From a virus (lineage: Duplodnaviria > Heunggongvirae > Uroviricota > Caudoviricetes), in the IMG/VR virus record IMGVR_UViG_3300012940_000021, positions 1 through 63,911 of that record: a stretch of 63,911 bases of DNA. One strand, written 5' to 3'. The position numbers were made by a program, and so were the translations under genes. A model generated the notes under the pieces. The model did not search any database, had not been told where the DNA came from, and worked only from the letters and a program-made list of their open reading frames with translations. The stretch's first letter is position 1. The number at the start of each line of letters is the position of its first letter. Below, in pieces: positions 8,971-17,345 of the stretch.

Positions 8971-9044
8971 TGGACCGGACGGGAGTCGAACCCGCAACCG
9001 AACGGACTATAACTTCCGCTGCTCTGCCGTTGAGCTACCGGCCC
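8971..9044 (-). tRNA. Atypical tRNA, probably Ile(TAT), with an 8-nt anticodon loop
   Basis: Acceptor GGGCCGG/CCGGTCC, D arm GCTC/GAGC, T arm GCGGG-TTCGACT-CCCGT, anticodon stem GCGGA/TCCGT, loop AGTTATAG. Confidence 0.75.
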
Positions 9045-9052
9045 TGTCGGAA

Positions 9053-9499
9053 TCAGGCGGAGATGCCTGCCCGCTTCTGCCGCTCGACCGCCTCGATGTG
9101 CGTGCGGTCCACCTTGATGCCGTGGGCCTCCAGGATGAGCGCGACGGCCTTGGCGGGCCAGTAGCTCCCGCTGCCGTCCGCACCGGAGCGAGTGACGACC
9201 TGCCCGACTCCGTTCGGGCACTCCACGTCGTGAGGGATGACCGCCTTGCTCAGGCTGCGCCACTCCTCGACCTCGACGGGCTTGCCGTAGTCGATGCTGT
9301 GGACCCCGATGTTCGCGGCGATCTCCTCGAAGGTGTCACGAACCACGTTCGCGGCGTCCCAGAGGTCCTCGGCCTCGAACTCGAAGGTGGCGCGGGCCGG
9401 GTCGCTCGTGCTCAGCACGAGGTTGCCCTGTCCCTGCATGCCCTCGATGAACAGCCGAACGGTGTCTGGGGTGTTGATCTGGATCTCGTACTTGGCCAT
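9053..9499 (-). CDS. Hypothetical protein (148 aa)
   Basis: AGGAGG RBS. Confidence 0.75.
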   Translation of the reverse strand: MAKYEIQINTPDTVRLFIEGMQGQGNLVLSTSDPARATFEFEAEDLWDAANVVRDTFEEIAANIGVHSIDYGKPVEVEEWRSLSKAVIPHDVECPNGVGQVVTRSGADGSGSYWPAKAVALILEAHGIKVDRTHIEAVERQKRAGISA

Positions 9500-9546
9500 G
9501 GTCTGCCTCCTGAAATCTTGTCGGTGGAAGTTTCTGCGGGGGCAGC

Positions 9547-9867
9547 TCAGGCGGTGAGCCGGGCCGGGTCGAGCTGTGCGACCTTGGCGCTCGACACCGC
9601 GAGCGGGACGGAGAACACGCCGCTGCCGTCCTTGGACGAGAACACGGGGTACTTGCCGATGCAGCGCTCGGCCAGGTCCTCCAGCGAGTCGGCCTGGAAG
9701 GTGAAGAGGTTGACCGTCTGGACGTTCTTGTCGTCCTGGAACCCGATCAGGGCGTGGGCGTCGTCACGCCCGTGGATGACCTCGCCGTCGGCGTTGATGG
9801 TGACCGGCCAGAGGCTGCTGAAGTCCGGCAGGGACTCCTGCTGAAGGATGAGAACGGATTGGATCAT
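9547..9867 (-). CDS. Hypothetical protein
   Basis: AGGAGG RBS after an operator-1 promoter. Confidence 0.7.
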   Translation of the reverse strand: MIQSVLILQQESLPDFSSLWPVTINADGEVIHGRDDAHALIGFQDDKNVQTVNLFTFQADSLEDLAERCIGKYPVFSSKDGSGVFSVPLAVSSAKVAQLDPARLTA

Positions 9868-9935
9868 GATGACCTCCTGAGATGTTGACCTAGGTCTCAG
9901 GGTATCAGTCACCGGATGGCAATTGCAATCCCCCC

Positions 9936-10148
9936 TTAGTCGCCGCCCTGCTCCTTCTCGTCCTGCTTGACCTCGACCCTCGCTGCCTGCCACGCGGCCC
10001 AGTGACCGGAGACCAGCGCCCAGAGGCTGAGGGCGGACACGAACTCGGTCAGCCGGAACCAGCCCATGAACCACGACACCGGGGTGAGCACTACGAAGAA
10101 CACGGCCAACCAGCCGTCCACACGACGAACGGCCCCTCCGATGAACAC
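9936..10148 (-). CDS. Two-helix membrane protein, possible holin-like lysis partner
   Basis: Hydrophobic segments, charged C-tail, directly after the endolysin; start uncertain. Confidence 0.55.
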   Translation of the reverse strand: MFIGGAVRRVDGWLAVFFVVLTPVSWFMGWFRLTEFVSALSLWALVSGHWAAWQAARVEVKQDEKEQGGD

Positions 10149-10177
10149 AGAGGGGCCGTTCTCGCACGGAATCTTCC

Positions 10178-11158
10178 TCAGCCGTACAGGCGGCGGTTGA
10201 CTTCCTTCTGCACAGCGGCGTAGTCGTAGCCTGCGGCCTGGAGCCGACGCTTGCGGTCGTCGCCGTTCCCCCACTTGCCCGCGAGAACCTCGGTGGCGAG
10301 AGTGCTCACGGACTTGCGTGGGGCGGAGCCGCCGACTCCGAGCTTCTGGTTGACCAGAGCCTGGATGGTGGCGTAGTCGTACCCGGCTGCTGCCAGGCGA
10401 CGCTTGCGATCCTCCCCGTTCCCCCACTTGCCAGCGAGCACTTCGTTGGCGATGGTGTCGTTCGACTTCTTCGGCGGAGCGGGGGGCGGTGTTGGAGTCG
10501 AACCTCCCGGAACCTTCAGCACCTGCCCGGCGAAGATGAGGTTGGGGTTGGGCAGACCGTTGAGGGACTGGAGAACCTGCCACGTCGTCCCGAACTTCGC
10601 GGCGATGCCGGAGAGGGTGTCCCCGCGTTGCACCGTGTAGGTGCCTCCTCCGGGCGGTGGAGTTGGAGTGCCCTGACCCAGGATCTCGTTCCCTCGGGCG
10701 ACGATGTAGTCGAGCTTGCTCCACAGGGTCGGACCGGGGCATGCGGTCGCGTTGAACTCGCGGTGACCCTTGACACGGTTGCGGTCGAGCCGACCCCATC
10801 CGTAGCGCTGGCAGAGGTCAGCGGCGAGCTGCGCGAGCTTCTCGACCTGCGCGTCCGAGACCGGCCAGTTTGGAGCGCCTCCCGTGTTGACCGTTTCGAC
10901 GGCCACGGCGTTCTTGTCGGCGTTCCAGCCCGTCGTCCACTGGCGGTACTCCTCGGGCACGATGCCGACCAGTTCGCCCGTGGTGAACAGCACGTAGGAC
11001 GCGGAGACATCCGCCGCGCTCGCGGAGAGGTACTGGAGGTTGCCCTCGTTGGTGTTGCCCGCCGTGTGGTGGACGATGAGCCGCTCGATCTTGTTGCCCT
11101 GGCGGCTGCTGTACTTCGTAGTGGGCACCGAGCGCGATGCCAGGCGGGAGAACGTCAT
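10178..11158 (-). CDS. Endolysin: Amidase_2 domain + LysM + two Cpl-7 repeats
   Basis: IVHHTAG...SASY...[11 protein letters not shown]; [17 protein letters not shown]; 2x [10 protein letters not shown](E/D)[12 protein letters not shown]. Confidence 0.92.
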   Translation of the reverse strand: MTFSRLASRSVPTTKYSSRQGNKIERLIVHHTAGNTNEGNLQYLSASAADVSASYVLFTTGELVGIVPEEYRQWTTGWNADKNAVAVETVNTGGAPNWPVSDAQVEKLAQLAADLCQRYGWGRLDRNRVKGHREFNATACPGPTLWSKLDYIVARGNEILGQGTPTPPPGGGTYTVQRGDTLSGIAAKFGTTWQVLQSLNGLPNPNLIFAGQVLKVPGGSTPTPPPAPPKKSNDTIANEVLAGKWGNGEDRKRRLAAAGYDYATIQALVNQKLGVGGSAPRKSVSTLATEVLAGKWGNGDDRKRRLQAAGYDYAAVQKEVNRRLYG

Positions 11159-11343
11159 TAGACGGCCACTCCCTCGCCCGGCTCAGCGTCGTCGCCCTCG
11201 GCGTCGAACACGTCCTGGTCGGTGTTCTCCAGCTCGGCGTGCGCCGCCTCGATGGCGTCGTCCTCCGGGCTGTCCTGGGGAGCGTCGTAGCCCTCGACCA
11301 CCGGCTCGTCGGCGGCGTCGGGGGTGGGGGTGCTCTCGGTCAT
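11158..11343 (-). CDS. Very acidic small protein
   Basis: GGAGG RBS; TAATG overlap with the endolysin start. Confidence 0.6.
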   Translation of the reverse strand: MTESTPTPDAADEPVVEGYDAPQDSPEDDAIEAAHAELENTDQDVFDAEGDDAEPGEGVAV

Positions 11344-11412
11344 GGGGGCCTCCTCGTAGCGACGCGGATGACCTTCACCCGCGTAGCTCAGTCTACGCAG
11401 CAAAACACCCGA

Positions 11413-11937
11413 TCAGAGGGGGTGACTCGACGGATTTTCCTTCACTCCGAAGACCGCCTTGAAGCGCTCGTAGGCCCACTGGATGCCCTCGGATGCGTCG
11501 GCGTCCTCCTCGTCCTGCGCCATTCCGAGGAGGTCCTCGAACTCACTGAGCATCTGCCCCACGCGATCCGCGAGGAAGGCGTCGATCTGCGCCTGAGCCT
11601 GGATGCGCTCCTCGGACTTGTCGGCCACCTGCGCGGACGGAGAGTCGGCCAGTAGCTTCACGAACTCCTCGATCTCGTCCTCCTCGGAGACCTTCTCGAA
11701 ATCGGACTCCAGGTCGTCGGGGCCGATGGCGATGACCTGCCCACTCGGGTGCCGAAGGAACCAGATACCTGCCTCCTGCGCCTGTGGAAGTCCAATGTCG
11801 GTGACCTCGACGGGTACGTCGGGGTTCGCCTCCCGGAACCAGCCCAGCAGAATCTTCTCGGCCTCAGGGTGCGTGGACTGGACAGCCTGGAAGTTGATCG
11901 TCTGCCGGACGGTGATGGTGGGGTCGTTCGCAGTCAC
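11413..11937 (-). CDS. Hypothetical protein (174 aa)
   Basis: ORF in operon. Confidence 0.7.
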   Translation of the reverse strand: MTANDPTITVRQTINFQAVQSTHPEAEKILLGWFREANPDVPVEVTDIGLPQAQEAGIWFLRHPSGQVIAIGPDDLESDFEKVSEEDEIEEFVKLLADSPSAQVADKSEERIQAQAQIDAFLADRVGQMLSEFEDLLGMAQDEEDADASEGIQWAYERFKAVFGVKENPSSHPL

Positions 11938-12026
11938 GCGCTGTGCCGCCCCTTCTTCTGAGCCTTAGGCATGAAGCGTCCGGCGATGATGACGACGGCT
12001 GCGCACAGGATGAAGAACTCGATCAT
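11934..12026 (-). CDS. Small membrane peptide
   Basis: MIEFFILCAAVVIIAGRF; AAGGAG RBS. Confidence 0.5.
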   Translation of the reverse strand: MIEFFILCAAVVIIAGRFMPKAQKKGRHSA

Positions 12027-12028
12027 GG

Positions 12029-12427
12029 CTACTCCTTGTTCTGGATCGTGCTGATGGCTCGTCGGATGCCCCGCCGCTGCGCTAGATTCGATTCCCCGTC
12101 GTATGGGATGGTGTCGTGCAGCTTCTGTAGGGCGGAGAGGATGCGCGCCTGCTCGGCGGCGAGCGCGTCCTCCTCGTTGAAGGTCCGAACCAGATCCGCC
12201 CTCGGGACGCTGAAGGCGTTCTCCACGGCGTCGAAGTCCACGGCCCCAACGATTACCCGGACGTTCTCGGCCCCGTGCGCCTCGTATGCCTTCTGGACGG
12301 CCTCCTCCCACCCGGAGCTGTTCGAGTCGATGGAGTCGGCATCCCATGCGTCCTCCAACCAGAGGATCTGCGAGAGGTCGGACGGGTCTCGGACCCAAAT
12401 CATGTGGATGTCGAGCGTCGAAGCCAT
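12029..12427 (-). CDS. Hypothetical protein
   Basis: ORF in operon. Confidence 0.7.
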   Translation of the reverse strand: MASTLDIHMIWVRDPSDLSQILWLEDAWDADSIDSNSSGWEEAVQKAYEAHGAENVRVIVGAVDFDAVENAFSVPRADLVRTFNEEDALAAEQARILSALQKLHDTIPYDGESNLAQRRGIRRAISTIQNKE

Positions 12428-12430
12428 GGG

Positions 12431-12622
12431 TCAGCCCTTCTTGCGGCGGAGGAATCGGGGGATCGGGATGCGGAGGTACGCGAGTCGGTCGAGTCGCTCG
12501 ACCTCGGCTGCCAGTCGGTCGATCTCCAATGCTCCATCCAGGAGGAGACCTCCGAGACCCTCGTTGCCCAGGATGAAGGCGTTCTTGGCGTTGTGCCGGA
12601 GCTTCTCTGCGACCTCGTTCAC
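12431..12622 (-). CDS. Small hypothetical protein
   Basis: GTGA overlap with upstream stop. Confidence 0.55.
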   Translation of the reverse strand: MNEVAEKLRHNAKNAFILGNEGLGGLLLDGALEIDRLAAEVERLDRLAYLRIPIPRFLRRKKG

Positions 12623-12819
12623 TCGGCACCCCCGTTCTCGGAAATCTTCTCCCGGCCTGCGAGGAACACTGCGGTGATGCCCGCGTCGTGCTTCTCCTCG
12701 CGGGTGGCGTTCCGGGTGTAGCCGGGGCGGGTCTCCTTCGCCCGCTCCTCGGCCTGCTTCGCGTCGGCTGCCTCCTGGTAGATGCGGCGCAGCTCCTCGA
12801 TGCTGATGGTCTCGGCCAT
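12619..12819 (-). CDS. Small hypothetical protein
   Basis: ORF in operon. Confidence 0.6.
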   Translation of the reverse strand: MAETISIEELRRIYQEAADAKQAEERAKETRPGYTRNATREEKHDAGITAVFLAGREKISENGGAE

Positions 12820-12822
12820 GGA

Positions 12823-13308
12823 TCACGCTCCCTTCGAGATGATCTGCGCGGGATCGAGCTTGATGTGGCGTCCGTCCTCATCGAAGACGACCAGCCCGAC
12901 CTCGCTCTTCTCCACGACGACGGCGACGGATGCGGCCCAGAACTCGGGATTCTCGGCCAGCAGCTTCTTCTGGCGCTCGGTGAGCGGGAGCGGCTTCTTC
13001 GCGTAGAGGTCGAAGTACTCCTTGAAGATGAAGGCGTTCCCCGGCTCGGTCGGCAGGTTCTCGATGCCCTTGATGATGCCGTCCTCCCGGAGAACGAAGA
13101 CGGTGCGACCGGCCAGCCGGTCCCAGCGCTCGACGCCTGCGGCTTGGAGGACGTGGCGGATGAAGTCCACGCTGCCGCCCTCCAGCGAGTACCAGCCCGT
13201 GGCCTGATGCATGTGCTGCGTCAGCCGGAACTCGATGTTGAAGCCGAAGATGCCGTGGTCTTCGAACCCCAGCTCGGCCTTCGTGATCTTGGCGATGGTC
13301 TTCTCCAT
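12823..13308 (-). CDS. Hypothetical protein
   Basis: ORF in operon. Confidence 0.7.
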   Translation of the reverse strand: MEKTIAKITKAELGFEDHGIFGFNIEFRLTQHMHQATGWYSLEGGSVDFIRHVLQAAGVERWDRLAGRTVFVLREDGIIKGIENLPTEPGNAFIFKEYFDLYAKKPLPLTERQKKLLAENPEFWAASVAVVVEKSEVGLVVFDEDGRHIKLDPAQIISKGA

Positions 13309-13310
13309 GG

Positions 13311-13970
13311 TCAGCCCGCCTTCCGAGGGTTGAGCGCGATGTGGCGGTGGAGCGGACGCCCCACGCCTTCGAGGATGGACGTGACTTCCTCAGGGAAGGT
13401 CACGTAGATGAAGTCGGTGTCCTCGATGGTGTCGAACAGCATGAGGACCGCCTCGTCGTAGGGGATGCCTCGGGACTGGAGGTAGAACATGTAGTCCTCG
13501 TCCAGCACGGGCTTGCCGCCCAGTTGGTGGATCTCGGCCCCCTCGCACGAGAGCAAGCCCAGCGGGTCGCTGGCGATGATGTACTCGTGCGGCCACAGGT
13601 GCAGGTCACCTGCCGGAGTCGTGATGACCGCCTGCTTGGGGAACTCGCGGTACTGCATGTCGTCGTAGCCGACGATGACGCCGCCGTCGTTCAGCACGAA
13701 GGGGCGAGCGCGCCACATGCTGAGGAGAGGGAGCCGGAACTGCTCCCGCAGGATGGTGTGCGGCTCCTCCAGGATGAGAATCCACGCGCCCTCGTCGGGA
13801 ATCTTCTTGTCGTCCAGCTCGGGGAAGTAGATGGTGGGGTCGATGCCCGCCGACGCGAACTGCCACGGCGCGTCTTCAACGGCCTGGCGCTGCGCCTCCT
13901 TCTTCCACTCGATCCACTCGGGATTGACGACGATGCGATCCCGGTCGAGGTACTTCCTCGGTCTGGCCAT
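13311..13970 (-). CDS. Protein with a SufB/SufD-like C-terminal helical motif
   Basis: YMFYLQSRGIPYDEAVLML resembles the SufBD LFYLxSRGI...A motif. Confidence 0.55.
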   Translation of the reverse strand: MARPRKYLDRDRIVVNPEWIEWKKEAQRQAVEDAPWQFASAGIDPTIYFPELDDKKIPDEGAWILILEEPHTILREQFRLPLLSMWRARPFVLNDGGVIVGYDDMQYREFPKQAVITTPAGDLHLWPHEYIIASDPLGLLSCEGAEIHQLGGKPVLDEDYMFYLQSRGIPYDEAVLMLFDTIEDTDFIYVTFPEEVTSILEGVGRPLHRHIALNPRKAG

Positions 13971-14043
13971 GACGGCCTCCCTTCCGAATCGGCGTCCGCC
14001 TTTTCTCGAAACGAAGATAGCAGGTCAGGATGACAATTGCAAT

Positions 14044-14268
14044 CTACTGCTGCTGCTGCTCGCCCTCAGCTCGGCGCGTGGCGTTCACCCGCATGTGCAT
14101 CCGAGTCTTCTCGGTGCCGTCCTCGTCGTACTCGTAGGACTGACCGTCGATGGTGACCTCGCGGGGAGCCTCGGTGGCTCCTCGAACGACCATCGTGACG
14201 TAGCGCTCCGGGTCTTCGATGTTTCTGAAAACGAAGACTTCCTCGAACAGCGGGTAGTAGATGGGCAC
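14044..14268 (-). CDS. Hypothetical protein
   Basis: ORF ending at an operator-1 site. Confidence 0.6.
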   Translation of the reverse strand: MPIYYPLFEEVFVFRNIEDPERYVTMVVRGATEAPREVTIDGQSYEYDEDGTEKTRMHMRVNATRRAEGEQQQQ

Positions 14269-14271
14269 GGC

Positions 14272-14562
14272 CTAGCGCTCCTCCAACTGGTAGTCCCCGA
14301 CCACCTTGTCATAGTCGCCCACGCGGGCGAGGACGAGATCCGCCGCCTCGGAGAGAGCCTTCCAGCTCGCCGTGGTGTACTCGAACCCGATGGCACGGGA
14401 CAGGCCGCGACGGCCTGGAGTGTGCTGCTCCATGAGCCGGATGGTGATCGGGTTCGTCCGGCTCTTCGGGTTGTGCGTGATCTCCCAGAACCGACCCGGA
14501 CCGGCCTTCGGCAAGTCGTGCTCGGTGTACTGGTCGGCGCTCTTCTGCTGGGTCATGTTCAT
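14272..14562 (-). CDS. Hypothetical protein
   Basis: Downstream of a TATCAC promoter. Confidence 0.65.
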   Translation of the reverse strand: MNMTQQKSADQYTEHDLPKAGPGRFWEITHNPKSRTNPITIRLMEQHTPGRRGLSRAIGFEYTTASWKALSEAADLVLARVGDYDKVVGDYQLEER

Positions 14563-14710
14563 CCCTTCCGCAGAGTGATACGGCCCTCAGCGCCCACGAG
14601 AAAGGGCCAGCCGCAACCCGAATACGACTGGCCCTCGGTCCCTTGGGGACCTTCCCCCACGACCTCGGCGCGCTTACCCGTTGACCGCCTGAGGTCTGTT
14701 CGGAAGTCAA

Positions 14711-14804
14711 CGTAGCACGGAGTCGAACCGTCTAACCAACCCTCCCCGCGTCCGGGGACTGAGCGGCTCCCCCGCGTCCGGGGTGGCTCCCAACCGGCAC
14801 TACG
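14711..14804 (-). ncRNA. tRNA-like RNA with two identical hairpins
   Basis: CGTAG/CTACG ends, TTCGACT loop, 2x CCCCG-GACG-CGGGG. Confidence 0.4.
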
Positions 14805-14806
14805 AG

Positions 14807-14880
14807 TCGCTCAGGGTGGACTCGAACCACCGCGTGACGGCGTTATGAGCGCCGCGCCTTACCGTCTTGGCTACTGAGCG
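14807..14880 (-). tRNA. tRNA with CAT anticodon (Met or Ile2)
   Basis: Acceptor CGCTCAG/CTGAGCG; anticodon arm CGGCG-CTCATAA-CGCCG; TTCGAGT T loop. Confidence 0.85.
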
Positions 14881-14983
14881 GAATCTTGTTGATGACGCCC
14901 TCCGAGGGCGGGACTGCCAGGGGATCAGGGAACCTAGGTCCCACCCTCGGAGGGCTGTGACTCACCGATGCACCGGCTTCAGG

Positions 14984-16597
14984 CTAGTCCTTGACGAACT
15001 CGGCCATCAAGCCAGGTGCGGCGGTGTCGAACCCGGCGATGTCGAGCATGCCGGGGTCGTTCGGGTTGGCGATGGAGAACCGGGTCGCCGTCATGCCGAC
15101 GACGATCAGCTTGGCGTTGATGCCCGTCGCCTTCCGGTAACGCTCCAGGGCCTCGTGCGGGTGAACCCGACCAGCCCAGGTCTCGCTGTCCGTGTAGATG
15201 ACGAACACGTCGGCCTTGATGCCCTTCTCCAGCGCGTGGAGCATGGGCAGCGCGCAGTCCGTGCCTCCCATGGGGATGCGCGAGATCCGCCGCTGGACCT
15301 CATCGAGGGTCATGTTCGCGCTGATGTCGATGGGGACCATCGTGTGCGAGAACCCTGCGATGTAGGACTCCTTCTCCGTCGCCGCCGTGACGAGCGACAG
15401 GGCAGCCGACGCCTCGCGGGGAGTGATCGGCATGCCGGAGATGTTGCCCCAGCCCATCGAGCCGGACACGTCGAGCGCCAGGAACCAGCGCTTGCTGGTC
15501 GGCTCGACCGCCTTGAACGCCTTGTAGAACGCCGTGTCGAGCGCGTCCACGATCCGGCGTACCGGAGTGAAGTCACGCCCGCCGCGACCCTCGCCCTCGG
15601 CGTAGGTCTTCAGCGCCACCAGCAGGTTGAGCGGGTGGATGCGAGCCTTCACCAGGGCGTCCTGGTCCGTCAGACGGTCCACGATCTCCTGCGTCCGGCC
15701 ACCCAGCTCCTGGATCACCCGCGTCCGCGTGAGCTTCGGCAGGTTGCGGATCAGGGCACCGAGCGGCAGCGCGCCCTTGGTGTCGAGCAGGGCCTCCCAG
15801 GTCTCACGCCGGTTGAGCGCCTCGGAAGGCACCATCTCCCAGCTCAGACCGTACTCGCGGATGAGCGACGGAATCTTGTCGGACTCCGCGCCCTTCGCCC
15901 GCTCGAAGCCCTGGACGATCTTCGGCAGCGCCTCGATGTCCTTGGCCTTGCCCAGGGTCCAGTCGATGAGCCGGGAGAACTCCGGGTCCTCCTTCGAGCG
16001 CGTCGGGTGCGACAGGCTGATGAGGTCGTCGTTCGACCAGCCCTCACGGGCCTGGTACTTCACGAGCTGGTAGGCCAGGGCGTCGAGGTCCCGACCCTCG
16101 TACCAGCGCGAGATGGCCTTGCGAGCGCCCATGCCGAACCGCTGGAACTGGTTCAGGTAGCCCGCGAACTGGAAGAGGGTGGACGCCGTGCGCGCCACGG
16201 ACGCGACCTTGGAGTAGCCGTAGCTCTTCAGGTGCCGGTCCGGCGTGGATGCGATGGCGAGCGCGAGGGCGAACAGAGCGGGCTGCTGCTTCGCCGCCCG
16301 ACCCCCGACCGAGATCTCCTCGATGAGGTCGAACAGCGCACGAACCTGCTCGGCGTCGCCGGACTGCGCGACCTTCTGGATGGTCTTCGCGTTCTCCAGA
16401 GCGAGCTTCGCGCCCGACTGGTAGAACGAGGACTCCGACCCCATGATGAGGAAGCGCTTGATGCGCTCGAAGTCTCCGATGACGAAGGCGTAGCCTCCGG
16501 CGTGATTCTTCTTCTGCCCCTTCGCGGCCTTCTCGGTCTGCGGGGTCGCCGTGACGCTCTTCCGAGTCGTGACGGTCTTCAGTGCTTCGTTGGCCAT
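14984..16597 (-). CDS. Ro60/Rsr-like RNA-binding protein (TROVE + vWA)
   Basis: NHAGGYAF, RFLIMGSE..FY, LVKYQAREGWS..DL..LSHP, ALIRNL, vWA LALDVSGSM and IYTDSETW. Confidence 0.92.
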   Translation of the reverse strand: MANEALKTVTTRKSVTATPQTEKAAKGQKKNHAGGYAFVIGDFERIKRFLIMGSESSFYQSGAKLALENAKTIQKVAQSGDAEQVRALFDLIEEISVGGRAAKQQPALFALALAIASTPDRHLKSYGYSKVASVARTASTLFQFAGYLNQFQRFGMGARKAISRWYEGRDLDALAYQLVKYQAREGWSNDDLISLSHPTRSKEDPEFSRLIDWTLGKAKDIEALPKIVQGFERAKGAESDKIPSLIREYGLSWEMVPSEALNRRETWEALLDTKGALPLGALIRNLPKLTRTRVIQELGGRTQEIVDRLTDQDALVKARIHPLNLLVALKTYAEGEGRGGRDFTPVRRIVDALDTAFYKAFKAVEPTSKRWFLALDVSGSMGWGNISGMPITPREASAALSLVTAATEKESYIAGFSHTMVPIDISANMTLDEVQRRISRIPMGGTDCALPMLHALEKGIKADVFVIYTDSETWAGRVHPHEALERYRKATGINAKLIVVGMTATRFSIANPNDPGMLDIAGFDTAAPGLMAEFVKD

Positions 16598-16647
16598 CGT
16601 GTGGCTCCTTTCATTCGGCCTGCCCTCGGCTGAGGGGAGACAGGGGG

Positions 16648-16726
16648 ATCGGTGAGACAGGTGATCGCCTCCGGGGGGATTCTTCTGGATGGTAGAGGTA
16701 ACCCGGAATGCTTCGGCCTGACCGAT
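16648..16726 (-). ncRNA. Y RNA-like unit D (short)
   Basis: AGGCCGAAG 5' strand, CCTGTCTC 3' strand, ATCGGT/ACCGAT closing stem, GGGTTA motif. Confidence 0.7.
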
Positions 16727-16736
16727 GTTCAGTTAG

Positions 16737-16845
16737 AGGGCGAGACAGGTGATGAGTCCGGGGTTCCCAACCAACAGGGACCACGATCAGTGACGACCGC
16801 GACAGGAATCGAACCAGCGATAACCCGTGCTCTTCGGCCTAGCCC
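16737..16845 (-). ncRNA. Y RNA-like unit C
   Basis: AGGCCGAAG...CCTGTCTC, GGGC/GCCC closure, internal TTCGATT loop. Confidence 0.7.
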
Positions 16846-16847
16846 AG

Positions 16848-16915
16848 CGCCCCTGGAGGGAGTCGAACCCTCCGTCATGACCCTCCGCCCGGTCGATTTC
16901 GGGACTAGCAGGGGC
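16848..16915 (-). ncRNA. Pseudo-tRNA without a recognisable anticodon arm
   Basis: GCCCCTG/CAGGGGC acceptor plus GAGGG-TTCGACT-CCCTC. Confidence 0.4.
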
Positions 16916-16926
16916 GATGCGGATCT

Positions 16927-17003
16927 CGGGGAGATAGGGGACGCAGCCGGGGACTTGATCCATCCCAACTGAAAGGTAACCCGACGATGCTTCGACCTGC
17001 CCG
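16927..17003 (-). ncRNA. Y RNA-like unit B (short)
   Basis: AGGTCGAAG...CCTATCTC, CGGG/CCCG closure, GGGTTA. Confidence 0.65.
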
Positions 17004-17021
17004 AGGTCTAAGTCCAGAGGT

Positions 17022-17159
17022 CGGCGGAGACAGGGGGTGCAATCCGATGTTTAGGCGCTCTAGCCAATTGAGCTACGGGGACCGAAGTCCCCGACGGGAT
17101 TCGAACCCGCAACCTCCCGCTGAACAGGCGATAACCGAATCACTTCGGCCTGCGCCGCC
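17022..17159 (-). ncRNA. YrlA-type Y RNA, unit A
   Basis: GNCGAAG Ro motif, then T arm, closed acceptor-like hairpin GGGGAC-TTCG-GTCCCC, then D arm GCTC/GAGC, then CTGTCTC; this is the YrlA arm order. Confidence 0.85.
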
Positions 17160-17187
17160 CTCTGGGAATCTCTGTGTAGTTGTCTCG

Positions 17188-17246
17188 TGCCAGCGCCGGG
17201 GAATCGAACCCCGCCCCGGTGGCCATCTCCGGTGCTCCAGCCTGGC
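17188..17246 (-). ncRNA. Short pseudo-tRNA
   Basis: GCCAG/CTGGC ends plus CGGGG-TTCGATT-CCCCG. Confidence 0.35.
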
Positions 17247-17345
17247 TCAGGAGGTCCCGGATGATCCCGGAGCGGCCTTGTACTTCGGTCGCCCTCCTGC
17301 GTCATGAGTGATACGCCCAACAGTGGAACAGGAACAAGGGTGGAG

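Noticed and set aside
16600-17160. Regularly spaced short repeats suggesting a CRISPR array
   Set aside because: Repeats alternate between two half-motifs with variable spacing and form Y RNA stems; no cas genes
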